64,000 nt of DNA from Rhynchopus sp. YZ270_cl-10. Lineage: Eukaryota. A program made the translations under genes and the position numbers. Below are positions 1 through 10,919 of this stretch, piece by piece. Within the stretch, counting starts at the first letter, position 1. Every line of letters starts with the position of its first letter. Below the pieces are notes generated by a model, which worked only from the letters and a program-made list of their open reading frames with translations, was not told where the DNA came from and ran no database searches. The stretch is from positions 558,001 through 622,000 of the forward strand of contig OZ037846.1 of assembly GCA_964035575.1 (NCBI GenBank), written 5' to 3'.

Positions 1-756
1 GATCTGTCTTTACTACTCTACTACTATGTCTTTTTTCGTTGACCGCAGCATGACCCAAAGGGACCGCGCAGCGGAATAGTAGCATAGTACGGAGTTAAAC
101 GGGGAAGAAAAAAGGGGGGAAACGGTAGGAAAAGAAAGAAAAATGGTAAACACAGCACCGAGCAAGCCAGCACTCACAGAAAGAAATCGTGTTGATATCC
201 ATTCGCCGTCTCGAAGACAGTGGATAAGGGGGGGCCGTAAGCGCAAGGAGTGCCAAGCATAGTCAGCACACCCCATACAGGGGGACACATTTCAAACAAA
301 AATAAAAGCGCATGGTGCACGAAGCAGAGTCAGTACCATCAAACGGGAGAGCAAAAAATAGGAAAACGGTGTCAGTGATAAGCAGGGACTACAAAAACCA
401 GCACGGGCGGACCCACCAACGAAACGACAATCTTCCGCGAGAGTCGCCTCTCCAAACTACTGGGCAGCGGACGTTCGTGAAGCAGGGAGGCGTGGTACTA
501 AAACATGTCCTCAACCGCGTATAGCGGGGCTCGTGGCCATCAGAACAACCCGCCCTTGGCAGGAAAATACCACGTACACAACGCAAGAAAACAGAACGCG
601 CACGCACAATACGAGGACAAGCTCCTCAAAGAAAAACCAGTCGTCCCGCGACAGGCCCACACAGACCACCATTGAACCCTAGGTGATGAAAAAATAAAAC
701 AAACACTAAACACTCCTACGACGCACTGTGAGCGGGAAGGCAAACAATAAAATGCA

Positions 757-1640
757 TGGGGCACTAAGCATAGTCAGCACGCACCAGCGATGAAATGTTG
801 ATGAACAAGAAACACCCCTTCGTCGCTCCTCGAGCAGGAAGGTAAAATAAAATGCATGGGGCACCAAGCAGAGTCAGCACGCACCAGCGATAAAGTGTAG
901 ATGAACATTGACACCCCTTCAGGGGAAAAAGTAAAAAGCACAAGGGGCACCAAGCAGAGTCAGCACGCTCCAAGCGAGAAAATGATAACAATAACAAAAC
1001 CCTTCGTCGCTCCGTGAGCGGGAAGGTAAAATAAAATGCATGGGGCACCAAGCAGAGTCAGCACGCACCAGCGATAAAATGTTGATGAACAATAAACACC
1101 CCTTCGTCGCTCCACGAGCAGGAAGGCAAAATAAAATACATGGGGCACCAAGCAGAGTCAGCACGCACCAGCGATAAAGTGTTGATGAACAATAAATACC
1201 CCTTCAGGGGAAGGGGTAAAAAGTACATGGGGCACTAAGCAGAGTCAGTACGCACCAGCGATAAAAGGTTGATGAACAATAAACACCCCTTCGTCGCTCC
1301 ACGAGCAGGAAGGCAAAATAAAATACATGGGGCACCAAGCAGAGTCAGCACGCACCAGCGATAAAGTGTAGATGAACATTGACACCCCTTCAGGGGAAAA
1401 AGTAAAAAGCACAAGGGGCACCAAGCAGAGTCAGCACGCTCCAAGCGAGAAAATGATAACAATAACAAAACCCTTCGTCGCTCCGTGAGCGGGAAGGTAA
1501 AATAAAATGCATGGGGCACCAAGCAGAGTCAGCACGCACCAGCGATAAAATGTTGATGAACAATAAACATCCCTTCGTCGCCCCATGGGCAAAATATAAA
1601 AACTCATGGGGCACTGAGCAAAGCCAGCACGCGCCATAAC
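757..1640. repeat. Tandem array of about 10 units of 86-100 bp with a 471-bp higher-order period
   Basis: Units start GGGGCACCAAGCAGAGTCAGCACGC (near 757, 857, 944, 1042, 1142, 1229, 1329, 1415, 1513, 1607). Near-identical shadow ORFs at 764 and 1235 are 471 bp apart. Degenerate copies near 250 and 318. Confidence 0.95.
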
Positions 1641-1651
1641 AAACAAAACAA

Positions 1652-3556
1652 TTATTGACAAAACATTGCCTCCACACTCTCGTATACTTTGAGCACAGGG
1701 GGGAGTGACACCATCGTGGGGGCCACCGTCCCGCGAGTGAACTCGTCAGCACGTTGACTTAAAGTGTCCACCCACGTGGCGGATACACACATGTTTGCTG
1801 CCTTTGCAGTGTCAAAAATCGCACACAGCAGCTCGTTAGCTAGATAATTCTTGCTGTGACCTTTGTTTATAGCTGCCACTGCAGCGGCGTTGTCGACCTG
1901 AAGAGACACTTCATGATTAGGGTGGTTTGCGGCCGCTAACCGAACGGCTAGCCAAGCAGCGTATAGCTCTTTCAGGTATATGTGATGTTTCTCAGGATCT
2001 GGAAACACACCCTGAACAACAGGTTCGAAAAACTCAGATTCTATTAAAGCAGCCCACTCGCGGTCCGAGGCATCTGACCAAGTCACCACGGTGGGTCTCT
2101 CTGGTTGGTCTACAATCCAGTCATTACAACGCATCACAGACACTATGCCTGTGAATTCTGAGATAACAGATGGGGGGATAAAAAGTTGAACATCCCACTT
2201 TTGTGGGTCAATAGCAAGTAAAGACGCGGTACGCCGCAGAAAAGAAAGAGAATCACGGTAATAACACAAATTCCGTTTGGTACAATACAAAAACCACACG
2301 AAACCTCCCAATACTTTGTAGAAATCCCGGGCAGTGCAGTCGTCTTTCAACACCGCACTGAGAACGGGGGATTCCACACACTTCTCAATCCAGTCAGGGG
2401 CAGCACGGTACCGTCTTGGGGAACTCGCCAAGTCAAACTCCAGGCCCAAAGCGCAAAAGTTCGTCCTAGGCACTCCCTCTCCCTCGTCGTCATTCAGCTC
2501 GGCACCGACACGTTCAGCGCGTCGGAGGAACGAAGAGTAGCGCCTCTCTGCCTCCTGCAAGGTATTGCCCACGACAAAGAAGTTGTCCACCCAAGGTATC
2601 CCTTCATCCTCTGGCAGCAACACCATAGCCGAGCGGTGCGCGATGCACGGCGCCCAACTCCACCCCATGCACAGCACGTTGAGCTTTGCCCTCACAAAGG
2701 GTCCGCGTGCACCTGCCAGGTTCACTCCAAAGAAATCGTCCACACCATCTGCCAGCGGAAACTGGTAAAACCAGCTCCGCCCATCAGCTTGCACCACGTA
2801 CGCACTGTCCAGAAACCTCTTCACTACCTTATGTATGGAAGGTAGATACATGGGAGGGGGGTCACGCATCAGGCGGTTCAGCTTCCGACCGTCGCAGACC
2901 AGCCTCAGTCCCCGCACCTTCTTCGGCACGGTGAAGGCGGGAAGTATCACCTTCTGCTCGCCAGACCGAGACATCACACCCCACTTCTGCAGCTTCCCCC
3001 AGTGGCGCAGCATATGCCTGGAAGTCCCTCTCTTTACCGGGACTGACGACTCCAGGACTTTTCGGCCCTCCTCGGTGAGGGCTGCCGTGAAGGCTTCGGG
3101 GGACCGGATCACGTCGAGGACTCCTGTCAGAAGACCTTGAGAGTCCATCGCCGTTAGGGCATCCAGGTCCAACCTAGCACGGGAGATCTCCGCCAGCTCC
3201 CCCTCAGCGCGTTCGGCGGGAGCAGACACAAAGCGGCGATCCAAAACAATCGTTGCCTCCCCGTACAGGAGCACAACATCAGGCCCATCGTCCTCCTCCG
3301 TCCTCCTCGGGAGCGCGGGCGGTGGTGGAGGCGCGTACATCTTCGGCGGCGCTCCGAATGTCGGGAAAGCAGGACGCAATGGTGGTGCACGCGCTCTTCT
3401 CCAGCGTCGTACCCACACACAGGGCCTCAAGCCACACTGCAGCGGAGGGTGCGTCAGCGAGGGCCCAACTGCTCCTGCGACGCACTGCACGACGGCAACC
3501 CGTGCTCCTCCTCGTCCCCTGCCACCCCGCGCACGAGTCCTACTCCTCCGTGCCAT
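1652..3556 (-). CDS. Reverse transcriptase-RNase H of DIRS (tyrosine-recombinase retrotransposon) type, 634 aa
   Basis: RT motifs FTVPKK..RLVCDGRKLN, QADGRSWFYQFPL, LCMGWSWAP and WVDNF. DIRS-type RNase H motifs WSDAS, HIYLKELYA, VDNAAAVAAINKGHS and ADEFTRG. Basic RG-rich N-terminus. Confidence 0.9.
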   Translation of the reverse strand: MARRSRTRARGGRGRGGARVAVVQCVAGAVGPSLTHPPLQCGLRPCVWVRRWRRARAPPLRPAFPTFGAPPKMYAPPPPPALPRRTEEDDGPDVVLLYGEATIVLDRRFVSAPAERAEGELAEISRARLDLDALTAMDSQGLLTGVLDVIRSPEAFTAALTEEGRKVLESSVPVKRGTSRHMLRHWGKLQKWGVMSRSGEQKVILPAFTVPKKVRGLRLVCDGRKLNRLMRDPPPMYLPSIHKVVKRFLDSAYVVQADGRSWFYQFPLADGVDDFFGVNLAGARGPFVRAKLNVLCMGWSWAPCIAHRSAMVLLPEDEGIPWVDNFFVVGNTLQEAERRYSSFLRRAERVGAELNDDEGEGVPRTNFCALGLEFDLASSPRRYRAAPDWIEKCVESPVLSAVLKDDCTARDFYKVLGGFVWFLYCTKRNLCYYRDSLSFLRRTASLLAIDPQKWDVQLFIPPSVISEFTGIVSVMRCNDWIVDQPERPTVVTWSDASDREWAALIESEFFEPVVQGVFPDPEKHHIYLKELYAAWLAVRLAAANHPNHEVSLQVDNAAAVAAINKGHSKNYLANELLCAIFDTAKAANMCVSATWVDTLSQRADEFTRGTVAPTMVSLPPVLKVYESVEAMFCQ

Positions 3557-4859
3557 ATTTATTCGGTAACGAAGTTAAAAAATTTTTCGTTGACCGCAGC
3601 CATTTAGGCTCTTTGCCTATGACGCACATGATAATGGATGAGGGGGAGGATTCAAAAGGAAAAAGCGTAAAGACAGATCTATCGTTGGTTTTAAATATGT
3701 TTAGTTTCCAATCACACTTCGTGTGTGCAAAGATAAAATGATATGTTGTAACATATAATGGGGTGCACGGTGCAACCCATGTGTAATGGGGGTGAAAGCA
3801 TGTGAAAGTGTTTTATATACATTCTTTTTCTAATGAAAAGAAGGTACAGAGGGTGCTAAAGAAGTACCCTTGCTTATGTGAAAGTGGTGTTAATGTGGCG
3901 CCCCCAGGACACCCCATGTAACATAGTTATTGGTGTATGTTGGATGTTTCAAGACCTTTCAAAAAAAGCAAAGAAAGAGAAAGTGTACACGACGTCCTAA
4001 TCAGATAATATGGAAAACAAGTAATTGCTATCGGGAAAAAAACGGGGTGTGATGTGGAACTCCATCCTGTAGAAATAATCTACAACACGCCCAGCATTCT
4101 GCTCTTCTGCAGGTATGCTAACGCTCTTCGTAAGCTGCCAGACCCACTGGGACGCCAGCATCTGAAACGTTCAAGAAGGGGGGGCTGTCCTCTTCGTCCA
4201 GCACCATCTGCTCGATAGCGTTGTTGGACGTAGTCTCGGCAGACTCGGCGTGTTCCAGCTCGTTTTTGTCCACAGGGTCCCCACATTGTCGTCGTCGTTG
4301 GAGCAGTGCGGAAGGAACACAGAATGCACAGACTACAACACATCGATCACACCAGGCGCATCAGCACCTCCAGCAAATCGCCAGGATGCTACGGTGGTTT
4401 CGAAAATCGCGCGGAGTTTTCCACAGCACACCCGTTTTTCCTTAGCAATTACTTGTCCTTGTTGTTACTGTTGTTTTCAACCACCTTCCTTCAACCCTTG
4501 TAGGGATCAGTTGTAATTTTTTTCGCGAAAACATGAAATTATACATTTCAAGAGAACAAATTAAAAAGGGTCCTTATTTGCATTTTTGGGCTCCGCCCGT
4601 GCAGTGGTGGGGTCAATCTCGAAAATTGGACAATTTTTTGACTACTTAAATTTTGAGAAATATGAGCCCGGTTGCTTATACGTGGGGCCCATTTTCAGCT
4701 AAAATTTTCCTCAAAATCTGGTTTTGTAAAATTGACCCTTTCCCCCCCCCCACATCGATTTCAATACTATACCTTACTTCACCTACGGTTACCCTTACAG
4801 GGGGGTGAAGGAAGGTAAGTTGAAAATTCTGCGAAAACTCCAAAAAGCTTCGGGCATAC

Positions 4860-4940
4860 CGCTTGACGGGAAGGTCAGCTTTTTGTGGAGAATGAGCTCG
4901 TACATCTCGTTGATGTTCTCGCTGTAGAACGGAGGCAGAC
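4860..4940 (-). CDS. AGC kinase paralog 1, exon 2; the last exon was not found and probably lies left of the window
   Basis: CAG acceptor at 4943-4941, in-frame (G)LPPFYSENINEMYELILHKKLTFPSS, GT donor at 4859. Same exon boundaries as paralog 2. Confidence 0.88.
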
Positions 4941-5578
4941 CTGTTGGGTAAAGGGGGGGGAGGGATAATTGTAGTGGGGGATAACTGTAGAATGGCGGAT
5001 AAAATAAAAAATATCGCCAGTTTGTTCTTCTCAAAAAATGGGGGATAGTTGTAGTGGGGGATAAAAAAAAATATCTCTCTTTTTTCCCACAATATCCCCA
5101 TCCCCAAGGAAAATCCACACCAAAAACGCGGTGTGGGAAATGGGGGATAACTGTAGTGGGGGATAAAATAAAATAAAATGGGGGAGAAAAAACGGGGGAT
5201 AATTGTTTTATCCCCCACCCCCCTTTAAAAATTTTTCAAAAAAAAAAAAAAAAATCTTTGTTTTCTGCCCATTTTCCCTACATTTCTTATTTTTCTTCTT
5301 GTTAGAGACGCTCAATCGATCGAATTCTGTGAATAGACACGGAACTCAAGGTCGAAAAATTTCCAGAAAAAAATCCTGAAAATTCGAACATTATTACGAT
5401 CAATAATTTGTACGAATACAGCATATTCATGGAAAACAGTACACAACAGCCCACTCGCTTTACAGTATACCTTTGGTACAATTGACCGGGGTGTACCGAG
5501 GGTGGACATCCAACCCTGCAATGGTACTACATCCATTTTTCGTGGTTTACATCATAAGGCACAACCCAGTCTACATAC

Positions 5579-6560
5579 CTGTCACCATCTCGTAGAGAAG
5601 GATACCAAGGGACCACCAGTCCACTGCACGTCCGTGGCCACCTCCCTTGAGGAACTCTGGCGCAAGGTACTCTGGTGTGCCGCAGAAGGTCGTAGCCTCC
5701 TCTCTGCCGTTAATGCCCGGCTTGGCAAGCCCGAAGTCCGTGATGCAGCAGTTGCCCTTTTTGTCGAGAACGCAGTTCTCCGGCTTGAGATCTCTGTAAA
5801 TGATGTTGAGGCTGTGGAGGTGGCCCAGGGCAACACCGATCTGCGCGGTGTAGAACTTTGCCCTGCTCTCTGGGAAGGTGCCGACCTGTGAGAGGTGGTA
5901 GAACAGCTCACCGCCAGAGAGGAAGTCCAGGATCAGGAAGAGCGACTCCGAGGTCTGGAAGGCGTAGTGCAGCTTCACGATGAAGGGGTGGTTGATAGCG
6001 CCAAGGATGTTCTTCTCCGCTTTCATGTGTTCGACCAGACCTTCACGCAGGATCAACTCTTTTGACATGCATTTCATCGCAAATATCTCTTTTGTGTCCT
6101 TCTTCCTTACCTGCATCACCTTACCGAAGGATCCTTTTCCTACGACACAGAGCAGGTCGAAATCCTCGAGGCCAATCATCTTGGGTTGTTCAAAGATGTC
6201 GTCGTCGTCGTCAGAGCCTCCTCCGGTTACCTCAATGTCTTGCTGGCGGGAGGACGCTTTGCTTTCCTTGATTTTGTAAATCCAAAGTCTCCGTTCCTGT
6301 TCATTCGAAGCGTACAAAGTGTACGGCTTATGCATATTCGGCCCTGTGATCGTCCACGCCAGCTTTTTCTTAGGATCCTCAGTGATCATAGTATCACGCA
6401 GGTCAATCATCCCAAGCGGCTTGTCTCCATTAGCAGCCGGCCGGCCCTTGAAGTAAAACAGTTTCTTGCTTTTGAGCTCAAACCACCTGTCCTGGTCCCG
6501 CTTCATTAAGCTTCCTCCAGCTTTCTTCAAAAATCCAGAACATTCTGGTTGGTCTGTCAT
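5579..6560 (-). CDS. PH-domain AGC Ser/Thr kinase (Akt/SGK-like) paralog 1, exon 1
   Basis: N-terminal PH domain (GFLKK..RWFELK), GKGSFGKV, FAMK, YRDLKPEN, DFG, TFCGTPEYLAPE, DWWSLG. Donor GTATGT starts at 5578. Confidence 0.93.
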
Positions 6561-7484
6561 TGTAGGGGATGGGGAGGGAAAGGACTACTAACACGAAGAG
6601 AAGGGAGGGAGGGAGAGGGAGGAGGAAAAAAAAAAGGCAAACACAAAGTGGTGTAGTTGGCGCTCGGTTGGAGCTGTGTGTGGGGTAAGTGGGGCGGTAT
6701 ACGCACGAAGGGGGTGGTGTGTGTCTGTAAGGGGGAGGAGGGGGAGGTTGAGGATGGAAATAAAGGAAAGTTGAGTTGAAATACAAAGCCCTCTCGTGAA
6801 CAGTGTACCATTGGTATAATGACCGGCTGTACCGGAGGGTCCGGGGGGGAGGTGGACACCACCCAACCATGGAATGCTACGATGCTGTTTTGTGGTTTAC
6901 ATCTGATATGTGCTCCTCCCGCTTCATCAGATGAAATGGGGATCATTGCGAACACAGGGTAGAGGGTTTGTACCCCCCGATGTTTTGTTGTCTTACTGTA
7001 TTTCGCGAGATATAAAATGGTCTGGTTCACTTTTTTTATATAGTTTTTCGGTAATACGATCGTCTTTATTTGTTTATCGGAAACCTAATTAAATCAGTGT
7101 CCACACATCAACCTCGAGGACCTGATACAGACCTGTCTGTACACACTGTTTTGCCGTTGTGCGGAAAGGGTGTGGAAAAGAAACATAACAAGGAAACAAC
7201 AAGAACGCCAAAAGCGAGACAGTGCCCTTCTGAGCCCTGCAAATAAAATCTCGCGAAACGGGGTGGGGGGGAGTGGGGTGTTAAAGGAGAGAGAGAGAGA
7301 GCTTTGCCCCAAGGTCCTTCGAGACCAAAGTGGTAAAGTCACGGAATGTGGTCTGTTGCTGTACATCGTTGGTAGCAGCAAACGTAAAGTCGGAGAAGAA
7401 GAAAAAAAGCAAGTGTGGAGTTTGTCTGCACCTATAAGGAGAAGGGTGCGAATTCAAGTAAGTTGGAAACAGCCCCAGCGAAGC

Positions 7485-9275
7485 TCAAGCAGACGCAGCA
7501 AGGTGGTTGTTGGGCATGGCACGCAGCTTGGCGGCGTCCTCCACACCGTCGCCCACAGGCGCAATCCCGAAGTTGGTGACAAGGAAGTCTACAAGCGTCG
7601 GGGTGAGGAAGGCAGGCAGACGGGGTCCCAGGTGGATGTTCTTCACGTCAAGGTGGAGCAGCGTCAGCAGCACAGCCACAGCCTTCTGCTCGAACCACGA
7701 GATCCCGAACGAGATCGGGAGGTCGTTCACAGACGGGACACCCAGGGCATCCTGGAGGGCAAGCGCCACACGGATCGCACCAAAGGCGTCGTTGCACTGA
7801 CCCACGTCCAAGAGACGAGGGATGCCGCCAATGTCGCCAAACTCCTCAGTGTTGAAGCGGAACTTCCCGCATCCCAGCGTCAGGATCACAGAGTCGTCTG
7901 GCACGCTCTTCGCCATGTCGGTGAAGTACGAGCGGTTCGTCTCCCGTCCGTCGCACCCACCAATCACGAAGAAGTGCTTCAGGTCCCCAGACTGGATCAG
8001 CTCCACCACCTTCCCGGCGTTCGCAAGAATGGCGTCGGCACCGAACCCAGTCGTCATCGGCCCAGTGCGGCCCTTTGCACCGCTCTCGAAGGGCGCACAC
8101 TCAAGCGCCTTTGCAATCACCTCAGAGTAGTCGTCGTTCTCCATGTGCTTCACACCGGGCCAGCCAGTCGTCTGGCGGGTGAACAGACGGTCGCTGTACG
8201 TGCGCTTCGGCTCAATCAGGCAGTTCGTTGTCATGACCACAGCACCAGGGAAGTTCGTGAAGTCAATGCGCTGCTTCTGCCACGCACCCCCGTAGTGGCC
8301 CACAAGGTGCGAGTACTTCTGCAGCTCCGGGTAGCCGTGCGCAGGCAGCAGCTCCCCGTGGGTGTACACGTTCACGCCCTTCCCCTCCGTCTGCTCCAGG
8401 ATGTTCTTCAGGTCGCGGATGTCGTGTCCCGACACAAGGATGCAGTGTCCGGGCACAGGTGTCGTGTCCACTGTCTTCGGTGTGGGCACGCCGTACGACG
8501 TCAGGTGTGCCTGCTCCAGCAGTGCCATCACCTCCAGGTTCACCTCACCCACCTTCAGCGCCACCGGGAGGTGGGTGGCCACACTTGCCTTCGGGTCTGC
8601 AGTCGCAGCCAGGCACTCGTGCAGGCCTGCGTAGATCGAGTCGCTCTCCTTCCCCTGCACCATGGCGTGGTGTGCGTAGGCTGCTGCACCCTTCACGCCG
8701 TACGTGATCAGTTCCAGCAGCGAGAACGTGTCCGCGTCGAAGTGCGCCGCACGCGACAGCACACCCGCCTCCTCGTCCTCGTCGTCCAGAGGCTCGTACG
8801 TCGTTGCACCGCCCAGGTCTGCCGTGCCGCCAGCCTTCTCGTACAGCGCACGCGCCGTCGCACGCACAACCTTTGCACGCGCCAGGTACTCCGTGAAGCG
8901 GTCTGCGTCGTTGTTCACGTTCGTCAGCGTCGAGAACATCGACTCCAGCACAAACCTGTCCACCTCTGCGTCCACCGCAGTTGCGTCCAGCGCACGTGCT
9001 GCGTGTGCGTACTGGCTGATCCCGCGTGCGAAGTGCACAAGGTTGTCCTGCATGTGTGCCACAGCAGGACGCTTCCCGCACATCCCGATCTTGTCGCAGC
9101 CGCTCCCGTTCGTCTGCTCACACTGCATGCAGAACATGATCGGGTGCGTCTCGCGGATGTCCGCCAGTGTGCCCGACGACCACCGCTTCTGTGCACACAC
9201 ACCTGCCTGCACAGCGCGCACAGAGGACGCTCCCGCACGCACAAGGCAGCGCTTACCTGCGTTCATTGTGTTCAT
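7485..9275 (-). CDS. hcp: Hybrid-cluster protein (hydroxylamine/NO reductase) with putative mitochondrial presequence, 596 aa
   Basis: MFCMQCEQT..GC..IGMCGK Fe-S motif. Hybrid-cluster ligand motifs SGHD, HGELLPAH, TTNC, GGCDG, LGCGK, GQCND and WFEQKA. About 35-aa acid-free, Arg/Ala-rich N-terminal extension ending QKRWSS. Confidence 0.95.
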   Translation of the reverse strand: MNTMNAGKRCLVRAGASSVRAVQAGVCAQKRWSSGTLADIRETHPIMFCMQCEQTNGSGCDKIGMCGKRPAVAHMQDNLVHFARGISQYAHAARALDATAVDAEVDRFVLESMFSTLTNVNNDADRFTEYLARAKVVRATARALYEKAGGTADLGGATTYEPLDDEDEEAGVLSRAAHFDADTFSLLELITYGVKGAAAYAHHAMVQGKESDSIYAGLHECLAATADPKASVATHLPVALKVGEVNLEVMALLEQAHLTSYGVPTPKTVDTTPVPGHCILVSGHDIRDLKNILEQTEGKGVNVYTHGELLPAHGYPELQKYSHLVGHYGGAWQKQRIDFTNFPGAVVMTTNCLIEPKRTYSDRLFTRQTTGWPGVKHMENDDYSEVIAKALECAPFESGAKGRTGPMTTGFGADAILANAGKVVELIQSGDLKHFFVIGGCDGRETNRSYFTDMAKSVPDDSVILTLGCGKFRFNTEEFGDIGGIPRLLDVGQCNDAFGAIRVALALQDALGVPSVNDLPISFGISWFEQKAVAVLLTLLHLDVKNIHLGPRLPAFLTPTLVDFLVTNFGIAPVGDGVEDAAKLRAMPNNHLAASA

Positions 9276-10292
9276 TGTGAGTGTGGGTGTTGTGTTTCGT
9301 CAAAAAAGGTTCTGTTGTTGTGGAATGCAGTGAGCGTACGTGTGGGCGTACAAGAAAACAAAATTAAAGGGGAAAGGGGGATACATTCGTTTACTGCATA
9401 CGATTGGAGGGCATCTTTCTTTTTTTTCTTTGGGGGGTTTTTTGCCCTCTGTACGTACCTTCACTATGGGGGAAGGGGGTGCCGGTTTACAACCTGTCAC
9501 GGTTTTTTGCGTTTGTATTTTCGTTCTTTTTGTTTTTTTGTCTTTTTTTTTTTTTTGTTTTTTTTTTTGGGACGAAAAAAAAGAAGAGAAAGAATATTTC
9601 GCACTCCATATTTTTCTCCAAATATTGCATGGTGTGGACAAGTAGAGGGGCTACCCTTACAAACACCGCAACATCTTTTCCCCCCCATTTTTGTACATTG
9701 AACCGCAAAGAATCATTTCATATATTTTCTACTGAATAGAAGGTATATGAAATAATTCGGTGAAAAAGAAGAAAAAAAAAAAACTGCCGAGTGAAACGGA
9801 CAGACAAAACAACGGAATTACATTGGTGTTTTTTTTTGTTTTGTGTTATTTTTTTTTTACTCATTTTATTTTTCCCCGACAAAGAATATCTCGTCTTTTG
9901 ACAAAAAGAAAAATGGTCAAAAAGACTCTCTTTGCCGGTTTTTGGTTAGTACGAAAACAATACCACAAATACATAATTACACTGAAACCTCACAAGAGCC
10001 TTTGAGCACCAATCGACATTTGTACTACTTGTTTCGCCCTTGGTTAAAAATAAAATAAAAATAAAAAATAAAGGTGAAGTTGACAGTGCAAACTCCTCTA
10101 GTCGCGCGGGCACTGGAAAGAAAAAGAGGAATTTTCCACTAATGAACAATAGCCCTCTCTGTCATTCCTGCACAGAATAAACTGTAGTTATTGATAGCAG
10201 GCACACCTCCGACCGACCCACGTACCATGCCAGACATCTGGATGAAAGCAAACAAGAATAAAGACACCACATAGGTGGATCACTTTACATAT

Positions 10293-10913
10293 GGGACAGT
10301 CCATAAACCCACCCCCCTAAAAGGTAACCTTTTGAATATTTTTTACATTAGATAACTTCCACTCGGACTTTTTGCTCGATTTTTGCTCCTTTGAACTCAG
10401 AATATTGTTTCTGAGGTCACAGGAGCAAAAATCGAGCAAAAAGTCCGAGTAGAAGATAGATGAATTAAAGTCGAGAAATAAAAAAACTCCAGTTGAAATG
10501 AGTTTGGCTGGGTTTCGTGGGTAAACCTGTTTTTTTACCTAAGTTTACCAAAAAACCACCAGAAAAAGTGCCAAAAATGTCAAAAACAGGTGGAAATAGA
10601 CTCGAAAACCATTTTTGGGGCATATTTGCCGCAAAGGAGGGTACATTATGCTGTTTTTAACCTTTTTTTGTGTTTTTTCCACAAAAATGGAACCCATTCA
10701 AAACCCAGTTCAACTGGGGCTTTTTTATTTCTCGACTTTAATTCATCTATCTTCTACTCGGACTTTTTGCTCGATTTTTGCTCCTGTGACCTCAGAAACA
10801 ATATTCTGAGTTCAAAGGAGCAAAAATCGAGCAAAAAGTCCGAGTGGAAGTTATCTAATGTGAAAAATATTCAAAAGGTTACCTTTTAGGGGGGGGAGTT
10901 TATGGACTGTCCC
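10293..10913. mobile_element. Non-autonomous foldback element with about 210-bp TIRs
   Basis: GGGACAGTCCATAAAC...GTTTATGGACTGTCCC ends. 10293-10500 is the near-perfect reverse complement of about 10706-10913. Confidence 0.88.
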
Positions 10914-10919
10914 ATATAT

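Larger units (their letters stand above)
32..3600 (-). mobile_element. DIRS/VIPER-like retroelement cassette (RT-RNase H ORF plus 3' repeat array) bounded by an 18-bp direct repeat
   Basis: TTTTTCGTTGACCGCAGC at 32-49 and 3583-3600. The flanks 1-31 and 3601-3730 match, joined together, the sequence at about 30322-30505 that has only one copy of the 18-mer. Confidence 0.75.

Noticed and set aside
790..820. Possible hammerhead core TTGATGA..GAAA in a repeat unit
   Set aside because: No CTGANGA, GAAA is not conserved across units, and it lies antisense to the RT.
757..1640. CRISPR-like appearance of constant heads with variable bodies
   Set aside because: The spacers are homologous to each other, no cas genes are present and the context is eukaryotic.
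4080..4445. GC-richer segment as the missing kinase exon 3 or a tyrosine recombinase
   Set aside because: No AGC tail or YR motifs were seen in the frames I could read; probably a decayed TE fragment.
7170..9701. 843-aa plus-strand ORF
   Set aside because: Antisense shadow of the GC-biased hcp gene, with no recognisable motifs.
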